Positions 14,695 through 27,585 of a stretch of DNA of 64,000 nucleotides are shown piece by piece. The notes beneath the pieces were generated by a model, which was given only the letters and a program-made list of their open reading frames with translations, ran no database searches and had not been told where the DNA came from. A program made the translations under genes and the position numbers. Positions within the stretch are counted from its first letter, which is position 1; each line of letters opens with the position of its first letter. This DNA is from Octopus vulgaris. Taxonomy: Eukaryota. The stretch is taken from the NCBI GenBank assembly GCA_951406725.2, contig OX597817.1, positions 37,696,001 to 37,760,000 on the forward strand, in the 5' to 3' direction.

Positions 14695-14992
14695 CAAACG
14701 CGGCTGATGCCAGCGCCACCTTGACTGGCTTCTGTGCTGGTGGCACGTAAAAAGCACTAACCAATCATGGCCACTGGCAGCCTCCCCTGGCCCCTGTGCT
14801 GGTGGCACATAAAAAGCACCCACTACACTCACAGAGTGGTTGACGTTAAGAAGGGCATCCAGCTGTAGAAACACTGCCAGATCAGACTGGAGCCTGGTGC
14901 AGCCTCCTGGCTTCCCAGACCCTGGTCGAACTGTCCAACCCATGCTAGCACGGAAAACGGACATTAAATAATAATGATGATGATGATGATGA
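14695..14992 (+). mobile_element. RTE-type LINE/SINE 3' end with (GAT)n tail
   Basis: AAGGGCATCCAGCTGTAGAAAC...CCCATGCTAGCA...GATGATGAT. Related copies near 18000-18175, 31900-32050, 32760-33165 and 63170-63400. Confidence 0.65.
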
Positions 14993-15863
14993 TACCTACG
15001 TACATCTCTTATTATAAAAGGCAGATTTTATCTGCCTCCCTTTGTCACTTATAGAAATCTACAATATAGGATTTCTTCAATTACAATTTACCTAGCATTT
15101 TTAAGAGTAGAATGCATCGGGTCATGCCAGGTCCAGTTTTTAAAATTTAAACTCCAATTAAGCAAAATTTACAGAAAACTCACATTCTGGTGTGTATGTC
15201 AAATGCTTTTCTTAGTCTGGTTTACAGCACACGCAAACGCACACACACAGTGTGCAACGAATAAAGTGAAACTAATTCACTGTGTGTTTGTTGACAGGTA
15301 GACAATAGAATGCGATGGCGATGGTGATGTAATATTTGTTTCTGTCTATCACGCTGATAGATACATGAGTAAAATGTATGGCAAGCTAAGAGATAAGAGT
15401 GAGTGAAAATGTTCTTGGAAGAGAGTAAATAGCGACAGAGTGATTTGAGGAAGACTAAACTGAAAGTATGAAACAGTGTTTATGTATAAACAGACGACAC
15501 TTATATATAGTTATTAATAAATGTATGCATCCGTTTAACCCTTTCGTTACCAAACCGCCCAAATTTACCTATTCATATTTAAATGAGAATATCAGAGTAA
15601 ATCTCTTTAGTACATTCGTGAAAACACGTATTATACTTCGTAAACACTTCAAATACAGTTTTGTACAAAAATCGAAGTGTAATTTTAATTCCGTGAATTA
15701 TGGGAGATTTTTTTCCGAAATTTGTTTGTATTGTGTTTTCAAAATTTGTAATTCTGACAAAAAATGGATACGAATTTCATTATATCAAGCAGAGAGTCAG
15801 AATTCGAAGGATTTTCTACTGAAGACCTTCATAAATCTAACTCTATGACTGAAAAAAAAAGCA

Positions 15864-16258
15864 TCTTTATATAAGAGTGAAGTTGTGTGTCTGTCTCCTA
15901 CGATTTAGATTCGTAACTACTCCCACATTTTGCGGTGCAGTTTAACCAAAAGCGGGTATCTTATAGTCGTGATTCATATCGAGCCCTTCTGGGTATTAGC
16001 GCGCGTCTACGATGAGTCTACGATTTAAAAAAAATTTACCATAATTTTTTTCCATTTTAATGCATTTTTTTCGCTTTTATATAAGGGAAGTAACTCTCTA
16101 AAAATATCTACGATGTGTCAACGATTTAAAAAAAAATTTACCTTAATTTTTTTTCAATTTTTAATGCATTGTTTTGCTATTTTTTGGCTATAACTCTCTA
16201 AAAATGCTTATATAGTTATTTCCCTTACAACCCGAGCAACGCCGGGCGATACTGCTAG
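15864..16258 (+). mobile_element. Non-autonomous Helitron
   Basis: A|TC 5' end, subterminal hairpin CCCGAGCAACGCCGGG, CTAG|T 3' end, no TSD. Four near-identical copies in the window. Confidence 0.85.
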
Positions 16259-16260
16259 TA

Positions 16261-16740
16261 CATTATAAAGCTGAAGATCAGTGAAAAAGAGAACACCTAC
16301 GCTGAACTATTGAGAAATCTGCAGTTACTCTATCCAGATTACAAGTTCAGGTTTATATCTGTAATTATTGGGGCTCTGGGATATGTAACACACTGCCTAA
16401 ATACCAATCTTGAGAAATTAGTCTTCTCAAAACCAGAAAGGAGAAAGCTAATTCGAAGACTACAGATCCAATCTATCACTGGAACTGTAAAAATCTGTAA
16501 AACTTTCCAGAAGTTTATCATTTAAATATATATGAGCAACTATATGCATGAGAATACATACATAAAGCAAAACATACAAATCTGCATACATACATACATA
16601 CATACATACATACATACAAACAAACAAAAATACCCTGTTGTTGATGTTGAAATTCCAATGAAGGAGCCTTGGATCTAGGTTAGGAACCTATTCTTTCTCT
16701 ATTGGCTAGAAATATTGAAATAAACTGAATAACGATAAAC
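16261..16740 (+). mobile_element. 3' fragment of a restriction-like-endonuclease LINE (R4/NeSL/CRE-like)
   Basis: EKENTYAELLRNLQLLYPDYKFRFISVIIGALGYV resembles the RLE domain (KxxxY...VIGALG). Second copy at 56027-56710. Confidence 0.65.
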
Positions 16741-16784
16741 ATATATACAGATATAAATAAATATATATATATATATATAAACAA

Positions 16785-17752
16785 AGTGTGTTCAAAAAGT
16801 ATCCAATTTTATTTTTTCCCACCAAAACTGATGCTTTATGGACAAAATCCTTTGGGTGAGACGTCATGCCACCCTTCCTGTGCATGCATGAAAATTTTTG
16901 CACCAATAGGCCATATCAGTTCCTAGCTGCTCCGTTTAAAGTACAGAGGTGTAGTGTGCATGCTCATCAGACTTTCATTTTCATGCAAGATGACTGACCT
17001 CATCGAACAGAGACCGTAAGCCTATGTCTCATCACCAGCAATGACAGTCTTCATGATGTCTCGGTTGTGGATTGCAGTCCATGGAACTAGCTCCTCCAAA
17101 TTCACAAAGCAAGGGCCACATGACTCACAGAGGGACATGCTTGTATGTATGGATGGCCACAATATTACTTAGCCTGAATGATTTCCATGTGAAGTTTCTT
17201 CTGCTGCTCTGTCTGTGCCTTGTGGATGAATTTCGCTGACACCCTCTGCATTCACAAATCCTCTGTTAAAATTTAATTCACTGTTTCTGTGCTTATTCTC
17301 ACTTTCTGAGCAATTTTCTGATTTCTTACATGAATGGTCTTCCATAACTATTTGCTGAACCTTCTCAATCATCTCTTCCTTCTGGTTTGTGGATGGCATG
17401 CCTGAGCATGCCTTGCTCTCCACTGAGGTGTTGCCATGTTTGAAGCAGTTGTACCACTCCTTGATCTGAGTTCACCAAAGGCCTGCTGACTCTTCTGGAT
17501 GGTATGAACTGGAGTATCATCAAATGTTTGGCAAAACTTGATGCAATATCTCTACTTAATGCATTTGGTAGGAATAAAAATCCAAAAAGTGTGCACCACA
17601 TGGCCATACCCTAGGCATAGCAGCCTACCAGCATGAAAATTTTCCCACACATGCAGGAAGGGTTGTATAACCTCTCACCCAAAGGATTTTGCCCATGCAG
17701 CATTAATTTCAGTGGGAAAAAATAAAACTGAATACTTTTTGAAAGCACCTCA
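16785..17752 (-). mobile_element. Internally deleted mariner element
   Basis: ~110-bp imperfect TIRs. Decayed N-terminal HTH RYCIKFC...QIKEWYNCFKHGNTSVESKACSGMPST. Confidence 0.75.
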
Positions 17753-19859
17753 TATACAACTTACCTCTCCATTTGCCTTGCCCAATCTTCTGTACTACTT
17801 CAACTTACATTAGTATGCCCTGTCACCCTTTCACCACCGTCTCTCTGTTTTCCAGCTGGGGTAGCCCTATAACTCCTCTACAGCAAGACACATGTTTCTG
17901 TCCTATTATACATTAACCTCTCATTATTTGGCACAAGGCCACCTCCCTCAGTAGTACACACACCCTCAATTGAGGGATCTTGTCTTGCAAGTTATTTGGT
18001 GCCATGTAGAAAAAAAAGCACCCAGTACACTTTGTAATGTTGTTGGTATTAAGAAGGGCATCCATCCATAGAAACCACACCAAAACAAACAACAGCTCTC
18101 TGACTTTCCAGCTCTGAAAAAAACCCATCCAACCCATGCCAGTATGGAAAACAGATGTTAAATGGTGATGATGATGTTTTTTACATGATTACCAAAACAA
18201 GTACTTTTTACGTGGAACTAGCTCCTCCAAACTCACAAGGCAAGGGCCTCATGGCTCACAGAGGGACATGTTTGTATGTATGGATGGCCACAATTTTACT
18301 TAGCTTGAAGTGTCTTCTCAAGCACAGTGAATCACCAGAAGTCTCTCCCAATAATTGCATATTCATAACAGCTAAAACTACATCCTAAAGACTTGCTCAC
18401 CTTTTCAGGTCCAGCAAACACGTCAACCCTAAACAACTACTGCCACCACAAGGTCCATTCATTGTTGCAGTGAAAAGGCTAGGGTACCTCAATGATGCTG
18501 AGAGTCATGCCAGTGGAATGCAAGCTCCTGATAGGGCCCCAATACTGGAAAGGTCAAATAATGCAGACCTGAACAATATGGACCACCTGTTCCTAGGTAA
18601 AATGGGTTTCTGTAGGGCCAACACCCCTACTCAGGAAAAGAAAAGCAAAGTTACAGAAGCATCAATAAAAATTCAAAACCAACAAGACTTGTGAAAGGAA
18701 ATGACAGCCCAGAGTCGAGAATAGTGGAGAAAAGTCATCCATGACATCTTCTCCATAGGAAGCAAATGGCTTACCTAAATAACTGCTGGCTCTTTTCAAA
18801 AGCCTTGACCACATGTTTGCTTATGAAGGCTAAAATCACAACAATAATAACAACTGCTTTGTAAAAATACATTTCCCTTTTTTTAATCTTTTTTTTCATT
18901 CAGGAATAGTTATCTAGTTCTACATCATATGTATTAGTGTACTAAGGTCTACATACTTTTGTTTAAAAATGTTTTGTTTTTTGTTGTTTTTTTTTGCGAT
19001 TTAAGAAACATTTGATGACTTCTGTTTCAAGCAGTTGAAATGACTGCCTGGACTCTCTCTTATTGGCTCAAGGGCCACTATGGCAGGTGTCAATGCCTCA
19101 AAAATAACCTGTCACCTTTCATTCTATAGTAAAATACTTTTGTCAGCATATTAGATATTTCTTACCTTCCCAGCTCTTTACTAATGTAAATTCTTGCTCT
19201 TTTTATATAACCAGTACATAATTTCAATAAAATATATTCTCAACCAATTATTTATCAATAAATATTGCTGGAAAGTGTGTCACAGAATTAAAATGTAGTT
19301 TGTCAACTTTAGAGCCAAAGCTTAGAAAACCAGATGTAAAAAAACAAAATAATGTATTTTAAGCAACACATTTTATTCACAAGTAGCTATTAAATTTCTC
19401 TCATATCACACCCAAATAGCTTTAAAAAATAAATAGATATATTGAATGGTGTTGCCCTTGATATACCATGTCTTCAGAGAGAGATTGTAAAGTCATGAAC
19501 AGACTGTTTTTAATCATAGGTTTGTTTCTTTACCCAGGGCAGATGTGGGACTTAACAACCACAAAGGCCCCTAAATTTCCTCCTCTGCTTTGTTAGTCTA
19601 CCTTTGATATATTCACAAATAGTTATATTCCAGTAATAATTAGGTCACCTAGTTAACAGAAACTGTTTAGTACTCTGAGTGGACCATACTAGTAATTTAT
19701 AGACTTTGTTACATTAACGCTGCAACTATTAATGACACCTCAACATTTATGCCGTTAAAAGTTGTTGGCTATCCATCAACTAATGATCCCACTGTATCTT
19801 TTGTGACTATTGTTTGCACTTAATATAGATTATTAAAATATTTGTGCTTATCACAAGAT

Positions 19860-20300
19860 CCAGTCCTTGTTGTAATATCGTGGCTTGTGTGTGACAGTGA
19901 TCATAAGAGTTGTGCCAATGGAGTGCTGAGCAGAAGTCAAACAATTCCTGTGACCACATCACTCCTAACATCTGGCCACCTAACTCCCCAGACTGCAACC
20001 CTCTTGATTATTATGTTGAGTGAGAGACCAACAAAACTCCTTGTAACACCAAAGATGAACTGATGGCAAGGATTATGGCAGCATTCACCAACTTAAACGA
20101 GATCATCCAGAAGGGTTGCAGAAGATTCTGAAGTCATCCGGAGGCTCTGGTTGAAGCCAACGGCGATTTTGTTGAATAAATTTACTCTTTAGTATTTCAA
20201 GATATTTTCATATAATTTTGGTAAACATATCTGTTAAAATAGGATGTCTGTTATTTTCATTTTTGCATAATTTGAACGACAGTTTATTCACTGTACCCTG
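19860..20300 (+). mobile_element. Tc1/mariner-superfamily 3' remnant
   Basis: WPPNSPDCNPLDYY...NTKDELMARIMAAF...LVEANGDFVE*, ending CCCTG|TA. Confidence 0.7.
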
Positions 20301-20558
20301 TATATACATCAAATATATGCACGATCTAGTATTTGTGAGTGACTATGTGTGGGTGAGTTTTCTGTAGTGACAGAAAACTAACCATAGATAAGTATGCGTG
20401 CACATACATGCATATGCTCACATTCAAAATTCACAATGTGAAAAAATACCTTGTTAGTATTTAAAATATCATTTTTGGTTAATATGTTTTATAATATTTC
20501 TTTTCTCTACTTTTCTTTCTTATTGTATCTTACAGAACAACATACAAAATAATTTACA

Positions 20559-21698
20559 ATGGCTGAAGAAAGCAGCAAGAAAGAAATTCCTGAAGTCAAG
20601 AAAGACCAAAATTTGAAGGTAACAGATGCCAAAGAACATGTTGATAAAGAAAACATACCTGCTGCAGCAGAAGGGAAGAACACTGAGAAAGAGAATCAAC
20701 AGAAAGATACATCCAAGAAAACACCATGTAACTCTGGGAAACATGGAAGATTTTCTAATTGCAATCCAATGAAAGAGAAACAGATATCTGAAGAGAATCA
20801 CCATTTTCCTGGATTTTTTGGTAGATACCAAAATGATTGTTGCCATCCTTACTATTTTAGAAGTGGCTGGAATACTTTTTCAGATCATTCCAATTGTTCA
20901 TGCCATCAGAAGGACAATTCAAAAGACAAAGAAAGTAAAGATTCCAAGACTGAGAATCTAAATCAGAGCAAACATGAAGAATGTCATGCCGATTCTTCTT
21001 GCCACATGGGGAGGCATTTTGGGAATCATAATTTCTCCAACCATTCAGAGAATTTTGATCAGTTTAGAAGACCACACTTTTCAGATATTCCTCCTTCTTT
21101 CAATAGACCAGGTCATCATGGTTTTCCTGGTAGAGGCAATTCTTTTGAGGTACCCTGCTTTTATGGTGGACCAAATCACTTTATTAGCCCTGACTGTGAT
21201 GACATGTCAAATTACTTTGATAGACCATGTATGTATGGAGGTCCAGATCACTTCATGAATCCATGGCAATTTAATGCTCCATGGCAATCTCATAGAAGAG
21301 GTCCTTTTGACATCCCTTGTCATTATGGTGGACCAGATCACTTTGTAGATCCGAGATATTTCCAAAGACCAAATTATGAATACAACTGTCACCCATCTGA
21401 AAACAGCTTCTTTCAGATGCCAAGACAAACACATGATTCCTCCTATTCTCCCAAAGAATGGCATTTTGATAGTCATCGTCATTTTGGCAGACCAGAAAAT
21501 TTTGGCCAGCATGGCCCTTTTCACCAAAGATTTGAAAAAAGCCAAGACAAAGCAGATTTTACATGGAATTCTAGATATGACAGACCACCATTTGATCATT
21601 TCTCACATCATCCAAGACATCCCTTTTTCCGTCGTTTTTCTAAACTGAATACTCCCATTGAAGATCGACCAATTTTCAAAGAATTTGATTTTTGCTGA
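20559..21698 (+). CDS. Uncharacterised 379-aa low-complexity protein with Lys/Glu-rich N-terminus and His/Phe/Pro/Gly-rich [FY]xxPxx repeat domain
   Basis: Longest ORF in the window and not microsatellite-derived. Polypyrimidine tract plus AG acceptor at 20534-20535, ACAATGG start context, and clustered AATAAA signals at ~22440-22560. Confidence 0.8.
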   Translation: MAEESSKKEIPEVKKDQNLKVTDAKEHVDKENIPAAAEGKNTEKENQQKDTSKKTPCNSGKHGRFSNCNPMKEKQISEENHHFPGFFGRYQNDCCHPYYFRSGWNTFSDHSNCSCHQKDNSKDKESKDSKTENLNQSKHEECHADSSCHMGRHFGNHNFSNHSENFDQFRRPHFSDIPPSFNRPGHHGFPGRGNSFEVPCFYGGPNHFISPDCDDMSNYFDRPCMYGGPDHFMNPWQFNAPWQSHRRGPFDIPCHYGGPDHFVDPRYFQRPNYEYNCHPSENSFFQMPRQTHDSSYSPKEWHFDSHRHFGRPENFGQHGPFHQRFEKSQDKADFTWNSRYDRPPFDHFSHHPRHPFFRRFSKLNTPIEDRPIFKEFDFC

Positions 21699-23264
21699 AA
21701 TGAAACTTTAAAATTTTTGATTTCCAATATTTTATTTCTTCCATGTTTCTTAATATTTCACTAACAATTTAGAAAATACTATTTTGCTTCGAAGCTTTCA
21801 AACAGCAGTAACAGTTTCTTTTTCTTAATCCGTCTTTTCTGAGAAATTCATTCTGCTCAAAAACCATTTTCCTCTTGATCATTTCCATTTAGCAGGGAAA
21901 GCTTTAAACTCAGTGCTCAGACCATCATATGTGCATATGTACACAGTATAAATGTGTTCCCATCCACTTTTTCATGCTTGCATAGGTTGGATGGAGTTTA
22001 TCAAGGCAAACTTTCTACAGCCAGATGCCCTTCCTGTCACCAACCTTCACCTGTTTCCAATCAAAGTAATATTTCCCCATGAGCAGACATGTTTTCACAG
22101 AATATTGGAAATGAATAACACCACTTGTATAACAGTGGTACTTATTTACAATATATATATATATATATTGTTGTATTTGGAGATGGTCACACAGTTAACT
22201 CAAAGTATCTCAGAGCAAGTCATCTAAATTTAGCTGGTTTATTATAAATTCAAGCTAATAATCGATAGAGAGTCATGAGATTTGAATGCAAAACATGAAT
22301 TATTGCTAAATACAACAGGGCATGGTCTACCAATGAGCTACCAATTGTGGTCAATCTACAGAAGAATTTATCATTATCAGCATCATCCTATCACTATTAT
22401 AATTTTATAGTATATTATTAGATTGAGTTTTATAATTGAAATAAAGCATATTAATACGGAAATTTACATTTAAGCACAAAAAATAAAGACATAAAGAATT
22501 TTAAAGTTTCTTTTTATGAAAATGTTATTTTTAATGTAATAACAGAATAAAAACAATAAAACAAAAATTTATATTTGTTTCTGTCAATAATAATATTTTC
22601 TGACAGTTTTGTTGTAATTCTTGGAACTAAAAATTTAATGAATAAAATTTAAAAGAAAAAAAAACTAAACAAACAATATGTAACACTTTCTTTATTTTAA
22701 AATTTGTTGAATATTTAACTGTATGTATCTATGCATCTGTAATATATGAGGCGCTGAAAAGTTCTTGGTTTTCGGTAAAAGAAAATACAGGAGAACCAGT
22801 TCATTATGATTTGATACAGCATATTCCCCTCTCAGATTCACACACTTGTTGCAGTGGTCCTTCTGTTTTTCTAAGCCCTGGAAAAGAAGTTGCATTCAAC
22901 CAGGCCTTTCATGATACCCTTAAAGCCATGAACTTTCCTGCACTGCCTCATATAGGCACCAGCATGGCTGAGTGGTAAAGAAGCTTTCTTCTCAAACACA
23001 GTTCTTTGTTCAAAACCATCGTAAGGCACCTTGGATAAATGTCTTCTACTATAGCCCATGGATTTGGTAGATGGAAACTGAAAGAAGCCCATTGTATATG
23101 TATATATACATGTGTATTTATATCTGTATCTGTATGTATGTATGTATATATATATATATATACACATACTTAACTTTTAGAACATGCTTCTTTATGAACT
23201 ACTGACCAATTATATAATTATGTGCATGTGTGTGTGTATACATATATGTATACATGTATGTATG

Positions 23265-23297
<33 letters not shown>

Positions 23298-23299
<2 letters not shown>

Positions 23300-25050
23300 C
23301 ATGGGGGCTATGGAATTGATTCACAAAATGAAGAGGGAACAAGGCTACTGGAGTTCTGTGAAGCAAATCAAATAACCTACTGATCAGCAACACCAACTTC
23401 AGTAAGCCAGCCAGCCATCTGATATCCTATCAATCAGGTGACTGTACTAGCCAGATCGATTTCATTCTCACCACACAGCAGGATGCATGGTTGCTCTTAA
23501 ATACAAAGATCCTCCCTGTTGAAGAATGTATCTCCCAGCACCGACTAATCGTTAGTGACTTTAGACTCCAGGCTAGAAGGATGCCAAGAAGCAGACCAAT
23601 CTGGAAAAGAAGGATTTGGAAGCTTAATGACCCTTCATATGGTCAGAATTTAGAAATTTGATGAGTGAGAGGAGGAGCTACACGCTTGTGACATAGAGGG
23701 CAACTGAGAATTCCTGTGGGATAGCTTACTGAGTGCCACAGACCAAATCTGTGGCTGGTGCAAAGTCCCTTCCAGACATAGGGTAACATTGTGGTTGAAC
23801 GATACTGTAGACAGGGCCATTAGAACAAAGAAATGGGCCTGGAAAGCATGGAAGAGTGGGGGTAGCAGGGAACTGTATCAGATAGCCAGAAGGGAAGCTA
23901 TGAGACGGGTATATCTAGCCAAGGAAGAAGCAGAAAAGAAGTTTGCTTATGTTCAGTGACATAAGGACCAAAGAACTGAATTATTTCAGATTGCAGGACA
24001 GTGTGTGATAGAAAATTGTGTTGTCATAGGAGAGAAATGTGTCCGCATGGATGATGGTGCACTTGCTTTTAATGATTCTGCAAAGAATGAGGCTTAAAGA
24101 TGCTATTATGAAAGGCTGCTGAATGTGGAGAATGAATGGGAGGAGGAGAGTCTGCCAAATGTTGACCCAATTGAGGCATCAGCTACCCAAATGAACAGTA
24201 CCCTGATAGATAAAGCAGTTATGGATACGAAAACAGGGAAGGCCCCTGGCTCATCAGGAATCACTGCTGAGATGCTTAAAATATCTGGCAGTGTGATTTA
24301 TGGTCTAGTCACCCATATTGTAAATCAGGTGGTTCTTGAAGAAGTCATAACCCAACTAATTAGGGAGAGAGTTAGTCTAGATGAGATGTAGTTTGGTTTT
24401 GTGCCAGGTAGAAGCACCATTGATGCTATATTTCTGGTAAGGCAACGGCACAAGAAATACCTAATCAATGATAAATTTCTGTACTTGGCTTTTGTTCACT
24501 TGGAGAAAACCTTTGACTGGGTTCCCTGATAGACAAGTGGCTGGTGAGAGCTGTACAAGCCTTGTACAGGGGTGCTACCAGTAAGGTGAGGGTGGGCAAT
24601 GAGTACAGCAAACTATCCAGGGTACAAGAAGGGGTTCATCAAGGATCAGTCCTCAGCCCCCTCTTGTTCATCATAAGCCCCCAGGCAATAACAGGAATTT
24701 CAGACAGGCTGCTCCTGGGAACTCCTCTATGCTGATGACCTGGCCCTCATAGCAAAATCACTACCAGAACTAGAGAAGAAATTCCAGGAATGGAAGCAAG
24801 GCCTAGAGTCGAAGGGCTTTAGAGTTAACCAAGCAAAAACCAGAGTCTTAGTAAGTAGGACGGCAGACAAATCACAAATCCCTTCAAGTAGATGATCCTG
24901 CTCAATCTGTAGAAAAGGAATAAGTAAAATCTTCATAAGATTCACCTAGTGTAAGCTTTGGACATATAAAAGGTGCAGCAATATCAGAGGAAGGTTAATT
25001 GGGAAACTTACTTTTGTATGTGGAAGAGGCACAGGTACAATTTACAATCG
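23298..25050 (+). mobile_element. RTE-clade LINE remnant (APE and RT), multiple stops
   Basis: SQIDFIL, TGKAPGSSGITAEMLK, QEGVHQGSVLSPLLFII and ELLYADDLALIA motifs. Confidence 0.9.
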
Positions 25051-25085
25051 TAAGCTCAATTCTTTAATCACTGAGCCATGTGCCT

Positions 25086-25129
<44 letters not shown>

Positions 25130-25199
25130 CACATACATAAATACACACACACTTATATATATACATGAACAATACATACATACACATACACGCATGCAC

Positions 25200-26720
25200 A
25201 CACCAAAATTTCAATGCTGTTCAAGAATGCCATAATGTCATAAATTCGCAGAAAGATCTCAATGCTTTACACTTCAAGTGGAAGACAGTTGTCCTGTCGC
25301 CTTGATTACTATTGCCAATTGTTGTCTTTTCACAATGTGAAATTAACAGTTGTGCTCAAAGGAGTCCAATGGTATTGTCTCTATGTAACTGGTAAACTAC
25401 TGAAAGTGGTCAAACATTCTAATACTTGAACAAGATAGGGGAGGAAGAAAGATGCAATCATTTATATCTGGAACATTTTGGAAGAGTTAAAACCAAATTT
25501 TGGCATTGCAATCTCAACAAAGTTCAATTGGAAAACTCACTTTTGTATTAAAACTAGATATTGCAATAATTTGTCTTAGGAAAAACAAAAATAAGACTGT
25601 TTAATATTTATGTTTAATATTAGTATTTGTAAGGTTGTTGTTTGGTAGCTGGCATATGGAATCATTCATTATCATTCCTTTAACCCCCGTGAACCATAAC
25701 AGTGGAGAAGTATTGCCAAGAAATTGATACAAAAGTACCAACAAGTGCAACTCTATTATGTTCCAGCATTGGTTAATTCAAAGGAGCCATTTCTTTTACA
25801 TGACAACACCTAGGTACATACTCTTTTACTGGTTTCAGTCATTTGACTGCGGCCATGCTGGAGCACCACCTTTAATCGAGCAACTCGACCCCGGAACTTA
25901 TTCTTTGTAAGCCCAGTACTTATTCTATCGGTCTCTTTTGCCGAACCGCTAAGTTACGGGGATGTAAACACACCAGCATCGGTTGTCAAGCGATGTTGGG
26001 GGGGACAAACACAGACACACAAACACACACGCACATATATATATATATATACATATATACGATGGGCTTCTTTCAGTTTCCGTCTACCAAATCCACTCAC
26101 AAGGCTTTGGTCGGCCCGAGGCTATAGTAGAAGACACTTGCCCAAGGTGCCACACAGTGGGACTGAACCCGGAACCATGTGGTTGGTAAGCAAGCTACTT
26201 ACCACACAGCCACTCCTGTGCCTTTTTTTTTTTTTTTTTTTTACTTTTTTTTACTTTTTAACCATTTTGTCCCAAACAAGGCTCGAGGCCACTGTGTAAC
26301 ATAAGGGACTACAAAGAAGGTTAAGACGAGGCCTACAAAGTTGTCTGACAGAAAGCCTAAAGCAATGAATATTATAGAGCAGAGAAAAATGAAACAAAGT
26401 TAGTGAATCCTAGAGAGCAGTAGTTTGAGGGAAGAAATTATTAGAATAATAGGACAGAATGCAACCGACTATAAAAATTGAACAAATTGTGCAATGATAT
26501 TTACATTTTACCACACTCAGCTTACTTCCCAGACCTCTCTTTGACTAACAACCATTCACTCAAGCATTTCAATATGCTCCTGCAAGAGAAAGTCTTCAAC
26601 AACCAAGTAGTAATGCAAAATGTCATAGAAGAAATCATCAGTTTCAGGACTTCAGAATGCTGTTATCAGTATAAATAGACTTCTTTCTTGTTGGAAAAAG
26701 CGTTTAGTTTATAATGGTTA
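25200..26720 (+). mobile_element. Old mariner remnant with nested SINE
   Basis: FLLHDN at ~25790 and ILPHSAYFPDLS (degenerate YSPDL motif) at ~26510. Confidence 0.5.
25820..26220 (-). mobile_element. SINE family B, full length
   Basis: tRNA-like head GGAGTGGCTGTGTGGTAAG...GGTTCAGTCCC, internal (TG/TA)n, and AAAGAGT tail. Confidence 0.85.
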
Positions 26721-26723
26721 GTA

Positions 26724-27289
26724 TTGGGTTGTCCGGAAAGTTCATGCCGATTTATAGTAGCTTACATTTCGACTTATTTTAGAACATGGTTGAGTCCATA
26801 AAATAAGATTTGACTACACTTCCATTTAGAGCAAAGTTTTAGCTATCTTTTCATGGAAGAGGGTTTATGTTCCTATAACCTGTGTTAATTCTGTATCCCT
26901 TTAAAATGGAAGATAAGAAAGTTCATTTCTGGCACTTGATGCTTTGGGAACCAGACGAAAATTGCTGCAGCTCAGCTGGGATGTGTTACCCTACCCTCCA
27001 TATTCACCAGATATTGCTCCTTCGGATTTCCACTTATTCAGGTCTCTGCAGAATAGTCTTAATGGTAAAAATTTCAATTCCTTGGACGACGTAAAAAGAT
27101 ACCCTAATGAATTCTTTGCCATGAAACCACCTCAATTCTGGGAAGAGGATATTTTCAAGTTAAAGGAAAGATGGGGACGCATTGTGCAACAAAATGGTTC
27201 ATATTTGGTTTATTAAAAATGTAATGGCAAGTATTTATTGACCTTTTTCTTTCCTTTAAAAATCGGCATCAACATTCCAGACAACCCAA
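26724..27289 (+). mobile_element. Internally deleted mariner element
   Basis: TA-flanked ~30-bp TIRs (TTGGGTTGTCCGGAA.../...CAGACAACCCAA). N-terminal MEDKKVHF joined to C-terminal WDVLPYPPYSPDIAPSDFHLFRSLQN. Confidence 0.9.
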
Positions 27290-27383
27290 TATTTTAGTTA
27301 ATAACTTTTCTTCAGAGAAATGTTTATATATTGCTAGAAATGCTATAAGTATTATTTTAATTAATAATATTTCTTCAGAGCTG

Positions 27384-27585
27384 AGCTGGCAGACACGTTA
27401 GCATGCTGGGCGAAATGCTGAGTGGTATTTCGTCTGCTGTTACGTTCTGAGTTCAAATTCCGCCGAGGTCGACTTTGCCTTTCATCCTTTCAGGGTTGAT
27501 AAATTAATTCCTTAATTGGCTTAATCTCTTTGTCTGTCCTTGTTTGTCCCCTCTATGTTTAGCCCCTTGTAGGCAATAAAGAAAT
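27384..27585 (+). mobile_element. SINE family A monomer
   Basis: Family core. Long direct repeat AATAATATTTCTTCAGAGCTGAG on both flanks. Confidence 0.8.

Noticed and set aside
21190-21290. Calling the 379-aa ORF a reflectin
   Set aside because: Only DMSNY matches; it lacks repeated MD(x5)MD motifs and Met richness.
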